Assembly: GCA_036519195.1 (NCBI GenBank)
Contig: DATDLS010000572.1
Span: 29,390 to 93,389, forward strand
Origin: Terracidiphilus sp.
GTDB taxonomy: Bacteria; Acidobacteriota; Terriglobia; Terriglobales; Acidobacteriaceae
Length of the DNA stretch: 64,000 bases
Direction of reading: 5' to 3'
Shown: positions 60,681-64,000 of the stretch, one piece after another
How positions within the stretch are numbered: the first letter of the stretch is position 1
How the letters are laid out: each line of letters opens with the position of its first letter
The notes under the pieces: model-generated
What the model was told of the DNA's origin: nothing
The model's database searches: none
The model's input: only the letters and a program-made list of their open reading frames with translations
Program-made: the position numbers and the translations under genes

Positions 60681-63175
60681 AGGCCTATGGTGATCGGCAA
60701 CGTGCGCGCGTGGCTGAAATAGAGGCTCGACAGGTTATTTGACCAAGAAGGCAGCAAGGCTTCCAATCCGGTCAGGAAACGTTCGAGGCGGGCCACGTCT
60801 TCGGCAACGTCTGCAATGGTTGTGGCTCCTGGCAATGGATAGCTGAGCGTGCGCAAATCAAAAGTGCGCAACAAGGTTAGTGCCGCCTGCATGGCGCTGA
60901 GGTCCTCGGGAGCATGGCGCGGCAAAAGGCGGTAGAGATGCACGAGATTGGAGAGTTGAAAATCCAAAGAACGGGGATTGGTCTCATCGGCCAGCAGCAC
61001 GTCCAGCACAGCGAGCGGCTGCAGCGTGGTGTAGTAACGCGACCGATAAGTCATCGAGCTGTCGGCGACTTCCAGCAGGCATTCCAGCAAGGGCCAGTCC
61101 TGCTCTCCAAGCGGGCTGGCAATCTCGCGCAGTTGCCGGGTGAGAAAGATGGCGCGCTCCAAACGCCGGCCGATGCTCATGAACTGCCATCCCACGCCTC
61201 GGTTGATGTTTTCCCGCTCCATTCCGGAGAATGCGGAAAGCAATTCCAGGCAGCCGGTGAGCACTGCGGGATATTCAAGGAGTGTTGTGAGCGGTTTAAT
61301 GTCGATCGAGTTTCGCAGCTTGCCGAGAAGAAACACCATGTCCGCCGATAAGCGCTCGCGCACGTTGCCGCCAACGCGTGACACCTCGGCGAGGGTTGCG
61401 GCCAGGCTGTCAGTACGCTTGAGGTCAGCGATCAACGCAATCAATTCCTGTTCAAATTGCAGCGCCGTAATGCCCTTCTTCCTCATCTTCGGTAACTTGC
61501 TATGGCGACTGTCCAAACAGCCATGTAGCCGGAGTAGCGGCACCAATTCTGCCTGATTGGCGTGACCCACGCGTGAAATCAGCGAGCGCACAATGCGGCA
61601 GGTATATTCTGCCCGCTCCACGTAGCGTCCCAACCAGAAAACATTGTCTGCTACACTGCTGGGCACACCGGGCGCTTCGCGGCGTAGCGCGACTGGCTCG
61701 CTGCGCGGACGCAGCATGCTGAAGGTGTCGACGGGGCCGTCCCAGAGCACCCACGCGTCCTTGCTGTGGCCGCCGCGCTGCATCGAGACAACGGACCCCT
61801 GTCGTTCGGCGACCCGCACCAAGCCACCTGGAATGGCAGCCCATCCATTGCCTGTGTTGAGGACATAGGCGCGCAGAACTAGGCTGCGTGGGTAGAGGTT
61901 GCCGTTGTCCCACACCGGCGCGTTGGACAGTGCGATCTGCTCCTGGGCCACATATTCATGCGGTCTGGCGCGCAGTTGGTCGGCCAGCTTGCCTTTGGCG
62001 CCCTGCTCCAACTCCGCGCCGAATACCGGCTCCATGCCGCGCGAGGGAAACGCCGGCTTCACGACTACGGAATCCAGATGGTCGAGCACCCAATCCAGCG
62101 CGTAGGACTGTCCACACCACCAGGTAGCGACCGAGGGAAGCTTCAGTTTTTCTCCGGTCAAGTATTGGCAAAGGCCCGGCAGAAAGGGCATGATGGCAGC
62201 CGTCTCAATGAGGCCGCTGCCGAGCGCGTTGGCAACTTTCACATTTCCCGCGACAATTGCGTCGACCAGGCCCGGCACACCAAGAAGCGAGTCACTGCGC
62301 AGTTCCAGCGGGTCACAGAAGCTGTCGTCCACGCGGCGCAAAATTACGTTGACCTGCTCCAGCCCGTTCACGGTTTTGAGATAGACGCACCGGTCGCGAA
62401 CGGTGAGATCGGCGCCTTCGACCAGCGTAAAGCCAAGATAGCGCGCCAAATAGGAGTGTTCGAAGTAGGTCTCGTTATACGGGCCGGGAGTGAGCAGCAC
62501 AATGCGCGGATTGTCGCTGGCTGCCATGGCGGTGAGGGCATCGCGTTGGGCGCGAAAAAAGTGCGCAAGACGGAGGACGTTCGAACTGCGAAACAGATCG
62601 GGCAAAACATCGGAGACGATGGTGCGATTCTCCAGCGCATAGCCGCTTCCGGAAGGAGCCTGAGTGCGATCGGAAAGTACCCACCACTGTCCATCGGGCG
62701 AGCGGGCAAGGTCCACTGCGAGCATGTGCAGATAGCTGTGGGCCGGAACACGCACGCCCACCATGGGCCGCAGAAATGCAGGATTCGCGTAAAGCAGCGC
62801 CGCGGGGAAATGGCCGTTGGCAATCAGGGTCTGCGAGCCGTACATATCCTCGAGAAGAAGACTCAGCAACTGCGCACGCTGAATGATGCCTTCTTCCAGA
62901 TCGCGCCATTCGGCGGCCGAAATTAGAAATGGGATGATGTCAATCTTCCATGGGCGGTTCACGCCCTGGGGATCGCTATAGATGTTGTACGTGATCCCAT
63001 TTTCACGAATGCGACGTTCGGCTCGCGCCCAGCGGCGCCCCAACTCCTCGGAACCGATTTCGACAAGCGACTCCATCAGGTGCGCCCAGTGCGGACGGGG
63101 AATGACGCCGTCACCCGAGGCCTCGTTGTAGGCCGTACCGTAGGGTAGCTGCGTCTGATGAAGATCAACGGTCAT
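60677..63175 (-). CDS. Circularly permuted type 2 ATP-grasp fused to an alpha-E domain
   Basis: DRTQAPSGSGYALENR, ETYFEHSYLARYLG, RRVDDSFCDPLEL, SMQRGGHSKD; alpha-E motifs FWLGRYVERAE and GRRLERA. Confidence 0.95.
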   Translation of the reverse strand: MTVDLHQTQLPYGTAYNEASGDGVIPRPHWAHLMESLVEIGSEELGRRWARAERRIRENGITYNIYSDPQGVNRPWKIDIIPFLISAAEWRDLEEGIIQRAQLLSLLLEDMYGSQTLIANGHFPAALLYANPAFLRPMVGVRVPAHSYLHMLAVDLARSPDGQWWVLSDRTQAPSGSGYALENRTIVSDVLPDLFRSSNVLRLAHFFRAQRDALTAMAASDNPRIVLLTPGPYNETYFEHSYLARYLGFTLVEGADLTVRDRCVYLKTVNGLEQVNVILRRVDDSFCDPLELRSDSLLGVPGLVDAIVAGNVKVANALGSGLIETAAIMPFLPGLCQYLTGEKLKLPSVATWWCGQSYALDWVLDHLDSVVVKPAFPSRGMEPVFGAELEQGAKGKLADQLRARPHEYVAQEQIALSNAPVWDNGNLYPRSLVLRAYVLNTGNGWAAIPGGLVRVAERQGSVVSMQRGGHSKDAWVLWDGPVDTFSMLRPRSEPVALRREAPGVPSSVADNVFWLGRYVERAEYTCRIVRSLISRVGHANQAELVPLLRLHGCLDSRHSKLPKMRKKGITALQFEQELIALIADLKRTDSLAATLAEVSRVGGNVRERLSADMVFLLGKLRNSIDIKPLTTLLEYPAVLTGCLELLSAFSGMERENINRGVGWQFMSIGRRLERAIFLTRQLREIASPLGEQDWPLLECLLEVADSSMTYRSRYYTTLQPLAVLDVLLADETNPRSLDFQLSNLVHLYRLLPRHAPEDLSAMQAALTLLRTFDLRTLSYPLPGATTIADVAEDVARLERFLTGLEALLPSWSNNLSSLYFSHARTLPITIGL

Positions 63176-64000
63176 GGAACCAGATCCAATCTCTCGACTT
63201 GCGACCCTCGTCCCGGGGGTACGCGTCGAAGATCCAGGGTGAAGGGAAATATCGGGTTGGCTTCGTCTTCAGGCGCAGCCATGGAGGCCGGCGCGGCGCT
63301 CGTCTCCTGGAAGCGCTCCAGACGCCGGCCCTCAGCCTCCGCGCTGCTGCCGGGGCGGCTGGTGTAGACGTGTCCATCGGGATGCGTCACATGATACGTA
63401 CACCGGCCGATGGAACGGTTCCGCAGACAATCAATGAGATCAAACTCTAGCGGCGCATGCACGGGAACCGTTGGGTGGAGTGCAGCTGAGAGCTTGCGCG
63501 CGCGATAGCGCACTCCGGCAACCGCAACGCCCGCTTCCGGGGTTGGCTGCAGCGGAACACGGCGTCCATTGCAGGCGACCACATAGCGCCCTTGCTGCGC
63601 CAGGTCGGACACCTTAACCTGAATGCGCTCAAGCGATGAATCCACGCTGCGAACCGTTGAGCCGGATACGCTCTCTTCGGCAAGGACATTCCATGGCTCA
63701 AGAGCGCGGCGAAGCTCGAGTTCAATTCCTTCCGCGGCAATGGCGCCGATCCTGGGGAATCGAAATTCCAGATGCGCGGCAAACCATCTTTCCTCGAAGT
63801 CGAAACCGGAACGCCGCAACGCGGCGAGCACCTGGAACAGATCGTGCTTTAGGAACTCAGGGAGCATGAAACGGTCGTGCAAGGTTGCGCCCCACCGAAT
63901 CAGGCTCCCGTCGAATGGCGTCTTCCAAAGCATGCTCACCATGCCGCGCACCAGCAGCATCTGCAGCAGGTTCATTCTCACGTGCGGCGGCATTTCGAAG
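63172..64000 (-). CDS. C-terminal part of a DUF2126-type transglutaminase-associated protein (partial)
   Basis: FEMPPH, WGATLHDRFMLP, LEFRFP, ALEPW.VL.EE, VDSSLER.QV, LHPT.PVHAPL, FTLDLR; open to the right edge. Confidence 0.9.
   Translation of the reverse strand, partial: FEMPPHVRMNLLQMLLVRGMVSMLWKTPFDGSLIRWGATLHDRFMLPEFLKHDLFQVLAALRRSGFDFEERWFAAHLEFRFPRIGAIAAEGIELELRRALEPWNVLAEESVSGSTVRSVDSSLERIQVKVSDLAQQGRYVVACNGRRVPLQPTPEAGVAVAGVRYRARKLSAALHPTVPVHAPLEFDLIDCLRNRSIGRCTYHVTHPDGHVYTSRPGSSAEAEGRRLERFQETSAAPASMAAPEDEANPIFPFTLDLRRVPPGRGSQVERLDLVP

Overview
Bacterial, GC-rich window. Its gene content points to Acidobacteriota (inference): an Oar-like TonB-dependent receptor, Tat-exported Gfo/Idh/MocA oxidoreductases, and TPR and multiheme proteins inside sugar loci. 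From left to right: (1) an amino-sugar (GalN/GalNAc-like) operon with AgaS-like and NagB-like enzymes, two tandem Tat oxidoreductases and an MFS transporter; (2) LysR, an HD protein, an RND tripartite pump and sthA; (3) a pseudo-receiver/TM/coiled-coil/trypsin protease fusion; (4) a phytoene-dehydrogenase-like gene divergent from a lipase maturation factor gene; (5) a decaying fucoside locus at about 25-35.6 kb with two broken GH29 genes, a broken heptaheme cytochrome, and LacI, SDR and transposase remnants; (6) TetR with a TolC/EmrAB pump; (7) an intact sugar regulon at 42.1-57.2 kb (ribulokinase, FucI-like isomerase, LacI, GH172, DUF4380-like protein, FucP-like transporter, an uncharacterised secreted helical-barrel protein and a TBDR). 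Three of its promoters share the operator CGTAACGTTWCK exactly 1 nt upstream of the -35 box. This is the best candidate for an undescribed system: a D-arabinofuranoside/D-arabinan utilisation locus with a possibly new glycoside hydrolase. (8) A NiCoT transporter with a NikR-like palindrome, followed by a transglutaminase/CP-ATP-grasp/alpha-E operon that runs off the right edge. No rRNA, tRNA or CRISPR array was seen. All family assignments come from motif recognition by eye; no database searches were run.
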